This document shows, in pieces, positions 1 through 9,676 of a DNA stretch of 64,000 nucleotides. The notes under the pieces are model-generated. The model was not told the DNA's origin. It was given only the letters and a program-made list of their open reading frames with translations, and made no database searches. The stretch is from Eubacteriales bacterium (GTDB lineage: Bacteria > Bacillota > Clostridia > Oscillospirales > CAG-382): the NCBI GenBank assembly GCA_045538555.1, contig JAZSRP010000034.1, forward strand, positions 430 to 64,429. The letters run 5' to 3'. The position numbers and the translations under genes are program-made. Within the stretch, counting starts at the first letter, position 1, and each line of letters starts with the position of its first letter.

Positions 1-42
1 TTTCAAAAGTGGGCGTTCAAAACACAAAAAAATATAATAAAA

Positions 43-72
43 TTCCGAGGGATTTTCCCTCGGAATTTTTTT
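43..72. terminator. Bidirectional rho-independent terminator
   Basis: 9-bp stem ttccgaggg/ccctcggaa (43-51 / 57-65), 5-nt loop, T7 run on the + strand and an A-run upstream that gives a U-tract on the - strand. Lies just downstream of the rnhA (- strand) stop. Confidence 0.7.
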
Positions 73-148
73 CCTATAACCTACTTGTGGAAACGCACAG
101 CACCACAAATAACATCGAACAACGTAAAAGCGTAAATCAGTTCACTTT

Positions 149-610
149 TCAATCTTCTTTTTTTGTGTGGTCTGCGCTATTTTCACGACTTCTTTCAACA
201 GCCAGGGCGTCGCAACGTTCATTATATTCGTGCCCTTGGTGGCCTCTCACCCAGACAAATGTCACGTCATGGATGGTCAGCAACGGAGAAAGCTGTTTCC
301 AGAGATCGTCGTTGAGAACGGGCGATTTGTCTGCTTTTCGCCAGCCGCGGGATTCCCATCCCCGGAGCCAGCCCTGGTTGATGGCGTTGACCAGATATTG
401 GGAGTCGCTGTAAAGAGTCACCTCACAGGGGCGGGTCAGGGCAGACAGCCCAACAATTGCCGCTGTCAGCTCCATGCGGTTGTTTGTGGTGAGTTTTTCA
501 CCGCCGGACAACACCCTTTCTTTTCCTTTGCACACGAGAATAACGCCGTAGCCGCCGGGACCGGGGTTTCCACTGCAGGCGCCGTCGGTGTAGATGTCAA
601 CCTTCATCAT
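149..610 (-). CDS. rnhA: Ribonuclease HI
   Basis: 153-aa ORF with RNase H hallmarks: [24 protein letters not shown], and a C-terminal [12 protein letters not shown]. 4-nt overlap with the upstream loader gene. Confidence 0.9.
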   Translation of the reverse strand: MMKVDIYTDGACSGNPGPGGYGVILVCKGKERVLSGGEKLTTNNRMELTAAIVGLSALTRPCEVTLYSDSQYLVNAINQGWLRGWESRGWRKADKSPVLNDDLWKQLSPLLTIHDVTFVWVRGHQGHEYNERCDALAVERSRENSADHTKKED

Positions 611-1527
611 CGGTCACCCATAATTTTTTGCATACGAACATCGCTGCCCTTGAACGCCAGCACAAGAAACTCACCCATAAGACGTGAGAACACCCGCTCG
701 CCGTAGGTTTTTCGGATCTGTGCGGGAGAAAAGTTTGTGCTGATAACCGTTTGTTTTCCGGACACGAGGCGCAGGTTGATGAGGTTTGAAAGCTGTGCAA
801 CGCTGTAGTTCCCCATGCATTCAGCGCCCAGATCGTCGATGATCAGCAGGTCACAGGTCTCATATTTTTGCTTCTCTTCTTGTGATGCTCTGCCAAATCG
901 GATCTGATCATAAACATCAAAGATCTGTTGAGCCGCCTCGTAAACCACGTGCATACCTTTTTTTGACACCTCGGAGGCAATGGCGGCAGAGAGATGGGTC
1001 TTGCCCAGTCCCGTGCCTCCCGTGAACAAAAGTCCGCTGACAGAGGGGGGAAACTCGGCACAGTATTTCTTGCAGAGGTTCAGGATACGCTGTGCGTTTT
1101 CCCGGGATTCTCCCTGATAATAATCCAGGGAAAAGCTGTCAAAGGTCTTGTCCGAAAGTCCTTTTCCCAGCACGGAGCTTGTGTAGCTCTGTGAGGCCAT
1201 CAGATTTTTGATACAGTCACAGAGCTTGAGTCCCACGTATCCGCCGTCGTTGCAGAGCGGGCACTCAAATTGCGGCTCGTCGCAGTCCGGCTCATAGCCG
1301 TAGGCGGCAAGAATCCGCTGACGCTCGCGGCGGAGTGACTCTGTCTCTTTTTTCAAAACCTCGGGGTCCTCGCCTGCCACAGCCCGCATGGGAATGGCGG
1401 CAATAAGCCCGTTGACTGCCGCAAGGTCGGGAATGAGTTTTTCCAGCTCGTGGCGCTTCTCCTCGCTTTTTTGGATAGCGCTGAGTCGGTTTTGGGTTTT
1501 TTGGTGCAATGCTTCATTGAGGGTCAT
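607..1527 (-). CDS. DnaC/DnaI-type replicative helicase loader (IstB-like AAA+ ATPase)
   Basis: 306 aa. Walker [12 protein letters not shown], Walker [10 protein letters not shown]-terminal Cys cluster CPLC..C.C. Translationally coupled (4-nt overlap) to the DnaD-domain gene. Confidence 0.8.
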   Translation of the reverse strand: MTLNEALHQKTQNRLSAIQKSEEKRHELEKLIPDLAAVNGLIAAIPMRAVAGEDPEVLKKETESLRRERQRILAAYGYEPDCDEPQFECPLCNDGGYVGLKLCDCIKNLMASQSYTSSVLGKGLSDKTFDSFSLDYYQGESRENAQRILNLCKKYCAEFPPSVSGLLFTGGTGLGKTHLSAAIASEVSKKGMHVVYEAAQQIFDVYDQIRFGRASQEEKQKYETCDLLIIDDLGAECMGNYSVAQLSNLINLRLVSGKQTVISTNFSPAQIRKTYGERVFSRLMGEFLVLAFKGSDVRMQKIMGDR

Positions 1528-2438
1528 TTTTTGTCACCGTCCTCATCAAAGCCCCTTGACAGAGCCGCTTCAATAAAATCATCACCCACAAAGCTGGAGT
1601 CGCCCTTGATATCCCGTGAGCCCTCTCCCTTTGCCACGTCGGCAAGAGATTGAAACCCGCTGTCATGCCAACGGCGCAGGATGCCGTTCATGTAGGTGGT
1701 GGAGAGCATACCTTTTGTATCAACGGTTTTTTCATAGGCAAGCCGAATCAGTTCAAAGGGCATTTTCCAATCGGAAAACCAGCATTCAAAGAGCTTTTCT
1801 TCTTTTGCGGTCAGGGCACGCTCGCCCATTCCAAACAGCTTGCGGATGGCGCCGATGCTTGAATTGAGCTTTTCACGCTCTGCCATGTATGCCTCAAACC
1901 TGTCGTAGGTGTCGATGCCGTCGTCATACAGAGCAACAACCTTTTTGTAGATGTATTGCATGCTCTTTTTGCCTCTTTTACAGCAGTCCTCAATAACCCC
2001 GCAAATGACGGGCATGGGCATCCGCACAAAATCATAGAGATAAAAAAGAGTGGAAAAATCGTTTTTTGTCAGCTGCTTTTGCAGTTTTTCACAAGCCAGA
2101 TTGCAAAGTGTGGAAAACTCGTTGTCTCCGTCCATGGCGGCAGAGAGTGTCTCGGAATCGTAGTTCCGAAAAACTCCCGTGTCGGGCAAAATCTTTTTTG
2201 ATTCCTCCGCCTGCATCGGCACAAAGACGCCTGCCTTTTGCCAGAACAAAAATGCAGACTCCACCCCTTGGGCGGTCAGCCCCGTGGCTTTGACTGCCGA
2301 GGCAAGGTCCGTTGCGGGCTGAGAAAAATAATATATAAGTACCTTGAGCTGTTCTGCCGTGGCGTCCTTGAGAAAAGGAATCACGTCTTTTGGCAAAACC
2401 ACAAGATCGTCTGTGGGAAGCTTGAGGCGATTTTCCAT
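1524..2438 (-). CDS. DnaD-domain replication initiation / primosome protein
   Basis: 304 aa. DnaD/DnaB_2-type C-terminal segments (FELIRLAYEK..., MNGILRRWHDSG). Located directly upstream of the loader ATPase, as in Firmicutes dnaB-dnaI pairs. Confidence 0.7.
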   Translation of the reverse strand: MENRLKLPTDDLVVLPKDVIPFLKDATAEQLKVLIYYFSQPATDLASAVKATGLTAQGVESAFLFWQKAGVFVPMQAEESKKILPDTGVFRNYDSETLSAAMDGDNEFSTLCNLACEKLQKQLTKNDFSTLFYLYDFVRMPMPVICGVIEDCCKRGKKSMQYIYKKVVALYDDGIDTYDRFEAYMAEREKLNSSIGAIRKLFGMGERALTAKEEKLFECWFSDWKMPFELIRLAYEKTVDTKGMLSTTYMNGILRRWHDSGFQSLADVAKGEGSRDIKGDSSFVGDDFIEAALSRGFDEDGDKK

Positions 2439-2462
2439 AAAAAATGCCTTTCTTTTGATATT

Positions 2463-2918
2463 TTAGGAGCGGATAATGCTTTTGTCGGGAGAAACCGACA
2501 CGGTAAGCCGATTTTTTTCGGCAATATTGCCAACGATCTCCACAGTGTAGTCAATATCCAGCTTTCCGCCCTCCAGCGTCAGGGAGTTGAGAAGCTTTTT
2601 TGTAAAAACCCGCATTTGCAGGGGAAATATGCCCGTGTCGCAGATGCAGGTGTGGCTTTTGTTGCGTATAAAAACCAGATGCGAGTTGAAGCCGCCCACA
2701 CGGGAGAGAGAAACGGTGTCCTCCGCCAGCGTGCAGATGGTGGTGGTGACGCCCTCGTTGCCGCGAGTTTCGAAAAACTCCAGCCGAAGTCCGTTTTTTG
2801 TTTTTTCCATATACCCCTTGGCGTCAAGCACGTCGGTCTCGGGGTTTTGGGGCTGAAAGTCGATCATCTCGCCTGCCAGCCGACGGTTTGTGATGTTTAT
2901 GTCAATGGGAATTTTCAT
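2463..2918 (-). CDS. DUF1934-family (YwiB-like) beta-barrel protein
   Basis: The pattern ...VSLSRVGGFNSHLVFI...GKLDIDYTVEI... resembles DUF1934. The track ORF starts at a TTG (2957) that overlaps murI; the ATG at 2918 is preferred but the start is uncertain. Confidence 0.55.
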   Translation of the reverse strand: MKIPIDINITNRRLAGEMIDFQPQNPETDVLDAKGYMEKTKNGLRLEFFETRGNEGVTTTICTLAEDTVSLSRVGGFNSHLVFIRNKSHTCICDTGIFPLQMRVFTKKLLNSLTLEGGKLDIDYTVEIVGNIAEKNRLTVSVSPDKSIIRS

Positions 2919-2934
2919 TTTTTTGTATGTGTCC

Positions 2935-3756
2935 TCAGTATTTTTCAATATCGGCAAAAAAGACTCCGCCCGTCACGTCTCTGCCCAAAAAACGCTGTGC
3001 GTCTCCCGCAAAAAGCGACTCGTCATCACTGGTATAAAATGTGGTGGTGCCTTTTTGAGATTGGGGGTTGGCAAGCCCTGTGTCGGTGATGATGCGGCAC
3101 ATCTCCCGCGCCGCCTCTTTGCCTGAGCTGATGATCTCGGCATGAGGCACGTGCCGTGAAATAACGGCTGACAGGAGGGGATAGTGTGTGCAGCCCAAAA
3201 CCAGTGCGTCGGGCTCAAAACGGTTGATCTCCGTCAGATATTCCTCTGCCACTGCGTTGGCTGCCTTGTCGTCGGGGGCGGTGTGACCGTTCTCCACCAG
3301 CGGAACAAACAGCGGACATGCCCGTGAGACTGTGGAATAATCTCCCATGCGGGAAATGGCTTTTTCGTAAGCGCCGCTTTTTACCGTGGCGTTGGTGCCC
3401 AGCACGCCGATTCTTTTTTTGCCTTTGTCCGCAACAAGACACGCCTGTTTTGCGGTGGCATCCACCACACCCACCACGGGGATCCCAAAGGAAGCCCTCA
3501 GCATAGGCAGACAGTTTGAACTGACGGTGCCGCAGGCAACAAGGATGGCCTTGACTCCCTTTGAAACCAAAAATCTGGCATCCTGCATGGCAAATCTGCC
3601 GATGACCTCGGGAGATTTTGTGCCGTAGGGGATACGGGCGTTGTCGCCAAAATATATGATATTTTCGTTTGGCATCAGCTTTTCCAGCTCAGAAAGGGCG
3701 GTGAGCCCTCCCAGACCGGAATCAAAAACGCCGATGGGCAGACGGGTTTTTTCCAT
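2935..3756 (-). CDS. murI: Glutamate racemase
   Basis: 273 aa. Motifs GVFDSGLGGLT, VACGT and LGCTHYP with the catalytic Cys residues. Confidence 0.93.
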   Translation of the reverse strand: MEKTRLPIGVFDSGLGGLTALSELEKLMPNENIIYFGDNARIPYGTKSPEVIGRFAMQDARFLVSKGVKAILVACGTVSSNCLPMLRASFGIPVVGVVDATAKQACLVADKGKKRIGVLGTNATVKSGAYEKAISRMGDYSTVSRACPLFVPLVENGHTAPDDKAANAVAEEYLTEINRFEPDALVLGCTHYPLLSAVISRHVPHAEIISSGKEAAREMCRIITDTGLANPQSQKGTTTFYTSDDESLFAGDAQRFLGRDVTGGVFFADIEKY

Positions 3757-3791
3757 AAAAAATCAAGTCCTTCAAAAAAAGGTTTTTTGTA

Positions 3792-4856
3792 TCAGCTCCG
3801 CTCCTCTGCCAGCGTGAGAAGCTGTGTGATGAGCCGGCTGTAAGGGATCCCCGCCACGTCCATCAGCTTTGGAAACATACTGATGGGGGTAAATCCGGGA
3901 ATGGTGTTGATCTCGTTGAGAAACACACCTTTTTCTGTGAGGAAAAAGTCCACTCTCGACAGGCCCGAGCAGCCCAGTGCGGTATACACCTTTTTTGCAA
4001 GCTGTCTGATGTGCAGGTGGGTGTGGCTGTCAAGAGGTGCGGGAGCGATACAGTCAGCGCTGTCGTTGACGTATTTTGTTTCATAGTCATAAAAATCGCT
4101 GTTGGGCACGATCTCGCCGCAGGGTGATGCAAAGGGAGTGTCGTTGCCCATGACCGCAACCTCAATCTCTCTGCCGATGACGTTGGGCTCGATGAGCAGC
4201 TTTTTATCGTGCAAAAAGGCAAGCTCAATACCTTTCAGGAATGATGCTCTGTCGGTGGCTTTTGTGATGCCCACCGAGCTGCCTGCGTTGGCGGGTTTTA
4301 TGAAAACGGGATAACCAAATTTTTCTTCACATCGGCAGATAAGAGCGTTGACGTCAACATCGGGGGTGTTGACGGCAGAAACAAAGGGAACCACGGGAAC
4401 TCCCGCCTCGGAGGCGGCAAGCTTTGTGGCGGTTTTGTCCATGCCCATGGCGGAGGAGCAGGTGTTGCAGCCCACGTAGGGCACGCCCGACAGCTCCAGC
4501 AGACCCTGCATTGTTCCGTCCTCCCCGTTTTTTCCGTGAAGCACGGGGAATATCACATCCACCCGCCTGATGTCGTAGGTCCCCGCAGATTTGTCAAAAG
4601 CTACAAACCCGTGGTGCGCCTTGCAGGGGGAGAGGATAGCGGGGATCAGATTTTTTGTATCGTTGACCCAGCCGCCGGAACGCATATCGGCGGTGGAACC
4701 GTTGTATATCCACCATTTTCCGTCCTTTGTGATGCCCACAAGAAGTCGGTCAAATTTTGTCAGATCAAGATTTTCTGCCACGTTTGCGGCAGAAACGCAG
4801 CTGACCTCGTGCTCAGAGGATTCGCCGCCAAAGAGAATGGCAACAAGCTTTTTCAT
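3792..4856 (-). CDS. ddl: D-alanine--D-alanine ligase
   Basis: 354 aa. N-terminal ILFGGESSEHEVS and an ATP-grasp core (FIKPANAGSSVG, EINTIPGFT). Confidence 0.93.
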   Translation of the reverse strand: MKKLVAILFGGESSEHEVSCVSAANVAENLDLTKFDRLLVGITKDGKWWIYNGSTADMRSGGWVNDTKNLIPAILSPCKAHHGFVAFDKSAGTYDIRRVDVIFPVLHGKNGEDGTMQGLLELSGVPYVGCNTCSSAMGMDKTATKLAASEAGVPVVPFVSAVNTPDVDVNALICRCEEKFGYPVFIKPANAGSSVGITKATDRASFLKGIELAFLHDKKLLIEPNVIGREIEVAVMGNDTPFASPCGEIVPNSDFYDYETKYVNDSADCIAPAPLDSHTHLHIRQLAKKVYTALGCSGLSRVDFFLTEKGVFLNEINTIPGFTPISMFPKLMDVAGIPYSRLITQLLTLAEERS

Positions 4857-4887
4857 AAAATATCATCGTTCCTTTTGAAATGTTGTA

Positions 4888-5820
4888 TCAAAAAACAAAC
4901 TGGTTGTAGAGAGTCCAGAGAAGCGGAATTGTGACGATGCACAAAAGGTTTGTGGACAGCACAATATCTGCGGCGCTCCTGCTGTCGCCTCCGTGTGATT
5001 CCGCCAAGCTTTGGATCATTGCGGCGGCAGGGCAGCAGCACAGCACAAAAGCAGCGGCTCTTGTGACAGAGTCAAGCGGAACCAGCCGCAGCAGCCCCAG
5101 CACCGTCAGCGGAAAGAGAATCAGCTTTGACAAAGCGGCGGTGTATATGCGCCTGTTGCCAAATACGGAACCAAAGCTCTTTGTGGCAAGCCGCATCCCC
5201 AAAACCGTCATGCAGACGGGAGTGGACATCTGTCCCAGCAGGGTGATGGGCTCGGCTATGGGCTGCGGAAGCTTGATTTTGAAAATAAACAGAGGCAGGG
5301 ACACCAAAAAAGAGATCATTGCGGGGTTTACAAACACGGATTTTGCGCTGACATAACGTCGGTTTCCGGTGATGAGCGTAAGTCCCACGGTCCAAGCCAA
5401 AAGGTTCATACTGACGGAAAAAGCGGCAGAATACGCCGCCGCTTCCCCAAGCTGAGGCAGCAGATGGCGCAGGAGCGGAAGCCCCAAAAATCCCACGTTT
5501 CCGCAGGCGCCCGCCACAGCGGCGATGCGGTGTGCGGAATCGGCCAGCTTTTTTCGGAACAGCAGGCAATACAGGGAAATGATGACCACCTGTCCTGCCA
5601 GCGTTGCCAAAAAGAACCAAAAGATGTTTTTTATCAGCTCCGCAGAAAAATCCACGGAGTCGAGGGAGTACACCATCAGAGCGGGCTGACAGACGTACAG
5701 CAAAAATTTTGCAAAAACGGAGATTGCCGATTCCGTCATCAGCTTTGTTTTTATGAGCAGGTATCCGGGGATACCGTATGCCATCATGGTGGCGACTTTT
5801 ATTGCCGTGATTCCAAACAT
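4888..5820 (-). CDS. AEC (auxin efflux carrier) family permease
   Basis: 310-aa polytopic membrane protein whose length and hydrophobic pattern are typical of AEC/Mem_trans transporters. Confidence 0.7.
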   Translation of the reverse strand: MFGITAIKVATMMAYGIPGYLLIKTKLMTESAISVFAKFLLYVCQPALMVYSLDSVDFSAELIKNIFWFFLATLAGQVVIISLYCLLFRKKLADSAHRIAAVAGACGNVGFLGLPLLRHLLPQLGEAAAYSAAFSVSMNLLAWTVGLTLITGNRRYVSAKSVFVNPAMISFLVSLPLFIFKIKLPQPIAEPITLLGQMSTPVCMTVLGMRLATKSFGSVFGNRRIYTAALSKLILFPLTVLGLLRLVPLDSVTRAAAFVLCCCPAAAMIQSLAESHGGDSRSAADIVLSTNLLCIVTIPLLWTLYNQFVF

Positions 5821-5842
5821 GACGCCTCCGTAAAAAAATCAG

Positions 5843-6439
5843 TTATCGGTCTACGTTCTTTTTGCTCTCGATGATCTTGTCAATAACTCCGTATGCCAGG
5901 GCATCCTCTGCAAACATCCAGTTGTCCCGCTCAGTGTCCTCCCGAACCTTTTCTACGGGGTGTCCGGTGTTTTTTGCAAGAATGGCGTTGAGCCGGTCCT
6001 TTGTACGGCGTGCAAAATCCGTTGCAATAATAACATCGGACGCCTGACCGCCGATGGTGCCGATGACCTGGTGGAGCATAACCTCACAGTTGGGCAGTCC
6101 GTATCTTTTTCCTTTTGTACCCGATGACAGCAAAAATGCGCCCATACTGCAGGCGGAGCCCACGCACACCGTGGAAACGTCGCATTTGAGACTGTTGATG
6201 GTGTCGTATATTGCCAGCCCGGCCGAAACGCTTCCGCCGGGGGAATTGATGTAGATGGTGATGTCCTTGTCGGGATCAACGGATTCCAGATACAGGAGCT
6301 GACCCACGATGGAGCAGGCAAGATCATCGGTTATCTCGTGAAAAAGAAGAATGATCCTGTCCTTGAGAAGTCTGGAAAAAAGGTCATAGCCGACCTGGCG
6401 GCCGCCCTCGTTGTCAAAAAAAGTGGGGTTGGAAATCAT
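5843..6439 (-). CDS. clpP: ATP-dependent Clp protease proteolytic subunit
   Basis: 198 aa. YINSPGGSVSAGLAIYD, catalytic Ser context GSACSMGAF, His context MLHQ. Confidence 0.95.
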   Translation of the reverse strand: MISNPTFFDNEGGRQVGYDLFSRLLKDRIILLFHEITDDLACSIVGQLLYLESVDPDKDITIYINSPGGSVSAGLAIYDTINSLKCDVSTVCVGSACSMGAFLLSSGTKGKRYGLPNCEVMLHQVIGTIGGQASDVIIATDFARRTKDRLNAILAKNTGHPVEKVREDTERDNWMFAEDALAYGVIDKIIESKKNVDR

Positions 6440-6531
6440 ATTGCGTTTCTCCTGTCTTCCGATAGTCTTATAATTTTAACACAAAGCTCCCCGCTTTTCA
6501 ATAGCAATTTGCATCCCCAAAGCCCAATTTT

Positions 6532-6548
6532 TTTGACCTGTTCCGACA
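6532..6548 (-). promoter_or_regulatory. Possible CtsR-type operator upstream of clpP
   Basis: The - strand reads TGTCGGAACAGGTCAAA against the consensus GGTCAAA-NAN-GGTCAAA (about 13 of 17 positions, second heptad perfect). It sits 93-109 nt upstream of the clpP start. Confidence 0.3.
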
Positions 6549-6582
6549 AAAAACCAAAAATATCAAAAAACAAACACATTCG

Positions 6583-6612
6583 TTGACAAAAGGCGTGACC
6601 GGGGTTTATAAT
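6583..6612 (+). promoter_or_regulatory. Sigma-A type promoter of the U32 peptidase gene
   Basis: TTGACA (6583-6588), 18-nt spacer, TATAAT (6607-6612). About 40 nt upstream of the ATG at 6655. Confidence 0.7.
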
Positions 6613-6654
6613 GACCGGGAGAAAGAACAAACAAAAGGGAGGTACAAAACGGGA

Positions 6655-8376
6655 ATGAAACCGCTGCTGCTTGCTCCGGCCGGGAGCTTTGAGGCACTGA
6701 TTGCCGCCATGGATGCGGGTGCCGATGAGATATATCTCGGCGGTACGGCATTCAATGCCCGCATGAATGCCTCCAACCTTGATTCTTCTGCGTTGGTAAA
6801 GGCAGGAGAGCTCTGCCGTGAAAAAAACGTGGGGCTCCACGTGACGCTCAACACTCTGGTTTTTGACCGTGAGCTGGACGAAGCACTGAGATACGTAGAG
6901 TTTTTGAACAAACAGGTGATGCCCGACGCACTCATCATACAGGATCGGGGACTTGCCTCTGCGGTAAAAAGAGAATTTCCTCACCTCTGCCTCCACGCCA
7001 GCACCCAGATGAGGATCCACTCATATCTTGACGTGCCCTATCTCAGACAGCTTGGTTTTTCACGGGCGGTGCTTGCAAGAGAGCTTCCGAGAGAGGACAT
7101 AGAGGCGTTTTCAAAAAGCGGTATGGAGACCGAGATATTTGTTCACGGAGCGTTGTGCATCAGCGAGAGCGGAGGGTGTCTCATGAGCAGTGTCATCGGA
7201 AACCGAAGCGGAAACCGCGGCCAATGCGCCCAGCCCTGCCGCCTCCCCTGCAAGGGAAACACCCGATATCCCTTGTCGCTCAAGGATCTCTGCCTTGCGG
7301 AGCGGATCACGGATATTGCGGAGATGGGTGTCACGTCCCTAAAGTTGGAGGGAAGGATGAAAAGCCCCCGCTACGTGGCGGCGGTGACCTCAGTATACCG
7401 CAGATTGCTGGACGAGAACCGAAACGCAACTCCCGAGGAGATGCGCTATCTGCGTGAAGTTTTTTCCCGAGACGGGTTTACCTCGGGATATTTTGATTCT
7501 CGCATCGGAAAAACCATGTTTGGGTTCCGAAAAGATTCTGACAAGGAGCAGTCCGCTTCATTTGTACTCCGTGATACAAAAAAATATACCGCAGTGCGGG
7601 AAAGAAAAACAGCCCCCGCCGTACCCGAAAATATTTGTGAGTTTGATAAAAGCGTTTTGCTTCATCCCCGCCATCAGCTGGGTGCGGTGCTGAGGTTTGA
7701 GGGAGCTGTTCCCAGCAGGGATTTTTTGGACAGATTTGAGCAAAAGGCGGTGCGGATCGACGTTCCCGTGGAGCAGTCGGACCACCCAAACCTCCGCCAC
7801 CTTGCAGAAAAGTTGGCAATAATCCTGCCCCGTCAGTGCTATGTTTCTGAGCACAAAAAGCTGAAAAAAATGATTTCCGACGCAAAAAAACGGGGTGTCC
7901 GCCACGCCGTCGTGTCGGCTTTCTGGCATATCGAACTTTGTGAGGGAATGTATATTCACGGAGATTATCCGCTCAACGTTCTCAACAGCGAGTCGGTGAC
8001 AAGCTATGCAAAATTTCCGTTTTCCTCCCTGATGCTGTCTCCCGAGTGCGATCCGTCGGAATTTCACGGAGCGCCCGTGGCGCTGGAATATATGGTATAC
8101 GGCAGGACCCCCGTGATGTATACCCGAAACTGCATCATTCAAAACGTGAGCGGCTGTGAAAACAAGAAGCGCTGCTTTGGGACGCTCACCGACCGCACGG
8201 GTGCAAAATTTCCCATAATCGGCGGATTTGGGCACCGAAACACTATCTACAACTCCCTGCCGTCAAACCGCATCGACAGCCGAAAAAAGCTGAAAAAAAG
8301 CGGCATCGGCCTCACCACATATCTTTTTACCACGGAACCCGAATCCCGTATGACGGAAATCTGTGAAAGGGCATGA
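6655..8376 (+). CDS. Peptidase U32 family protein (collagenase-like)
   Basis: MKPLLLAPAGSFEALIAAMDAGADEIYLGG is a typical U32 N-terminus. The conserved E..VHGALC....G.C and QPCR motifs are present. AAGGGAGG Shine-Dalgarno before 6655. The track start at 6583 is the TTG of the -35 box. Confidence 0.88.
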   Translation: MKPLLLAPAGSFEALIAAMDAGADEIYLGGTAFNARMNASNLDSSALVKAGELCREKNVGLHVTLNTLVFDRELDEALRYVEFLNKQVMPDALIIQDRGLASAVKREFPHLCLHASTQMRIHSYLDVPYLRQLGFSRAVLARELPREDIEAFSKSGMETEIFVHGALCISESGGCLMSSVIGNRSGNRGQCAQPCRLPCKGNTRYPLSLKDLCLAERITDIAEMGVTSLKLEGRMKSPRYVAAVTSVYRRLLDENRNATPEEMRYLREVFSRDGFTSGYFDSRIGKTMFGFRKDSDKEQSASFVLRDTKKYTAVRERKTAPAVPENICEFDKSVLLHPRHQLGAVLRFEGAVPSRDFLDRFEQKAVRIDVPVEQSDHPNLRHLAEKLAIILPRQCYVSEHKKLKKMISDAKKRGVRHAVVSAFWHIELCEGMYIHGDYPLNVLNSESVTSYAKFPFSSLMLSPECDPSEFHGAPVALEYMVYGRTPVMYTRNCIIQNVSGCENKKRCFGTLTDRTGAKFPIIGGFGHRNTIYNSLPSNRIDSRKKLKKSGIGLTTYLFTTEPESRMTEICERA

Positions 8377-8401
8377 AACACCTTTCAATTTGTTTTTTAA
8401 A

Positions 8402-8446
8402 AAAGGAGACGACTTCTGCACGAAGCGCCTCCTTTTGTGTTTTTTA
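8402..8446. terminator. Bidirectional terminator between convergent U32 and ricT genes
   Basis: Imperfect stem of about 13 bp, aaaggagacgacttc / gaagcgcctccttt, with a 5-nt loop, flanked by an A-run and a T-run. Confidence 0.6.
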
Positions 8447-9616
8447 TTCTTCCAGCTTTTTCAGTTCTTCGCTGACCTCTTCTTTGATGCGGACGGTGCC
8501 CACCGCCTTGAGGTCGCCTTTAGAAAAGATCTTGATGGATTGATCGCCGTTCATTTTGACTTTTATTTTTCCGGTCAAAAAGCTGCTCTCTATGATAACG
8601 CCTCTGCCCTTGGGGGTCTCAACTATGGTATCCACCTTTGGAAACGTTGCATATTCACGCTCATAGGTGTCGTGCTCAAACCGCAGACAGCACATGAGGC
8701 GGCCGCAGGAGCCGCTTATCTTGGTGGAGGAGAGGGAGAGGTTTTGCTCTTTTGCCATTTTTATGGAAACTTGAGCAAAATCCGGCAGGAAGGTGCTGCA
8801 GCAGAACGGTCTTCCGCAGGTGCCAAGACCTCCGCACAGCTTTGCCTCGTCGCGGACTCCGATCTGTCTCAGCTCGATTCTGGTGCGAAAAACTCCTGCC
8901 AGATCCTTGACCAGCTCTCTGAAATCCACTCTGCCGTCGGCAGTAAAATAAAAGCAAAGCTTGGCGTTGTCATGGGTGTATTCCACGTCAACAAGCTGCA
9001 TCTCCAGCCCGTTTTTCTTGACTTTTTCGTGCCAGATGGGCTTTGCGCGTTCTTCCATGGCGCGGTTTTCGGCGTTGCGCTGGTCATCCTCGCGGGTTGC
9101 CTTGCGGAGCACCGGTTTGAGGGGGGATACCACCTCCGACTGGCCCACAAACTTGTTTCCTGCTGCGATCTCGCCGTATTCTACGCCTCGCACTGTCTCA
9201 ACAATGGCGTGCTCGCCCTGACTGAACTGTATGCCCTCCGGCGAAAAATAATATATCTTGCTTCCGTTGCGAAACCTGATGCCCACCACCTCTTGATCCT
9301 TGGGCTCATCGGGCTTTTGGGGCAGGTTGTCCTCATAATCGTATCTGGATTCCACCGCCTCCGGCTCAACGATCGGCTCGGGAGTGATGATGTCCGCAAG
9401 AGTCTCTTTTTGCTTTTTTGGCTGCTCCTGCCTGTCCTGCTTGTCTCCCTTGGGGCGGTTGTGGTGGCGGTTCTGACCGTGAAAATGCTTTCCGCCCTTG
9501 CCTTTTCCGCCGTAGGACTTGCCGTGGGGCTTGCTGTTTCGGTGTTGTTTTTGGGGGTGTTTTTCGTGATTATTCTGTTTTTCCTGCGAGGGATTGTTTT
9601 GTTTCTTTTCTTCCAT
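8444..9616 (-). CDS. ricT: PSP1-domain protein RicT/YaaT with long basic N-terminal extension
   Basis: The core VVGIRFRNGSKIYYFSP...HAIVETVRGVEYG...CCLRFE matches the PSP1/YaaT family. It lies next to holB, as in Firmicutes. About 110 extra N-terminal residues are rich in K/H/Q/G. Confidence 0.85.
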   Translation of the reverse strand: MEEKKQNNPSQEKQNNHEKHPQKQHRNSKPHGKSYGGKGKGGKHFHGQNRHHNRPKGDKQDRQEQPKKQKETLADIITPEPIVEPEAVESRYDYEDNLPQKPDEPKDQEVVGIRFRNGSKIYYFSPEGIQFSQGEHAIVETVRGVEYGEIAAGNKFVGQSEVVSPLKPVLRKATREDDQRNAENRAMEERAKPIWHEKVKKNGLEMQLVDVEYTHDNAKLCFYFTADGRVDFRELVKDLAGVFRTRIELRQIGVRDEAKLCGGLGTCGRPFCCSTFLPDFAQVSIKMAKEQNLSLSSTKISGSCGRLMCCLRFEHDTYEREYATFPKVDTIVETPKGRGVIIESSFLTGKIKVKMNGDQSIKIFSKGDLKAVGTVRIKEEVSEELKKLEE

Positions 9617-9676
9617 ATCCGTTGTTTTGCTTTTTTGATGAAAGCATCAAAAAGCAAAAACCTCCTGTTTGAGTTT

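Noticed and set aside
6583-6654. Upstream TTG start for the U32 peptidase
   Set aside because: The TTG is the first base triplet of the -35 hexamer TTGACA. The ATG at 6655 has a strong Shine-Dalgarno and gives the canonical U32 N-terminus.
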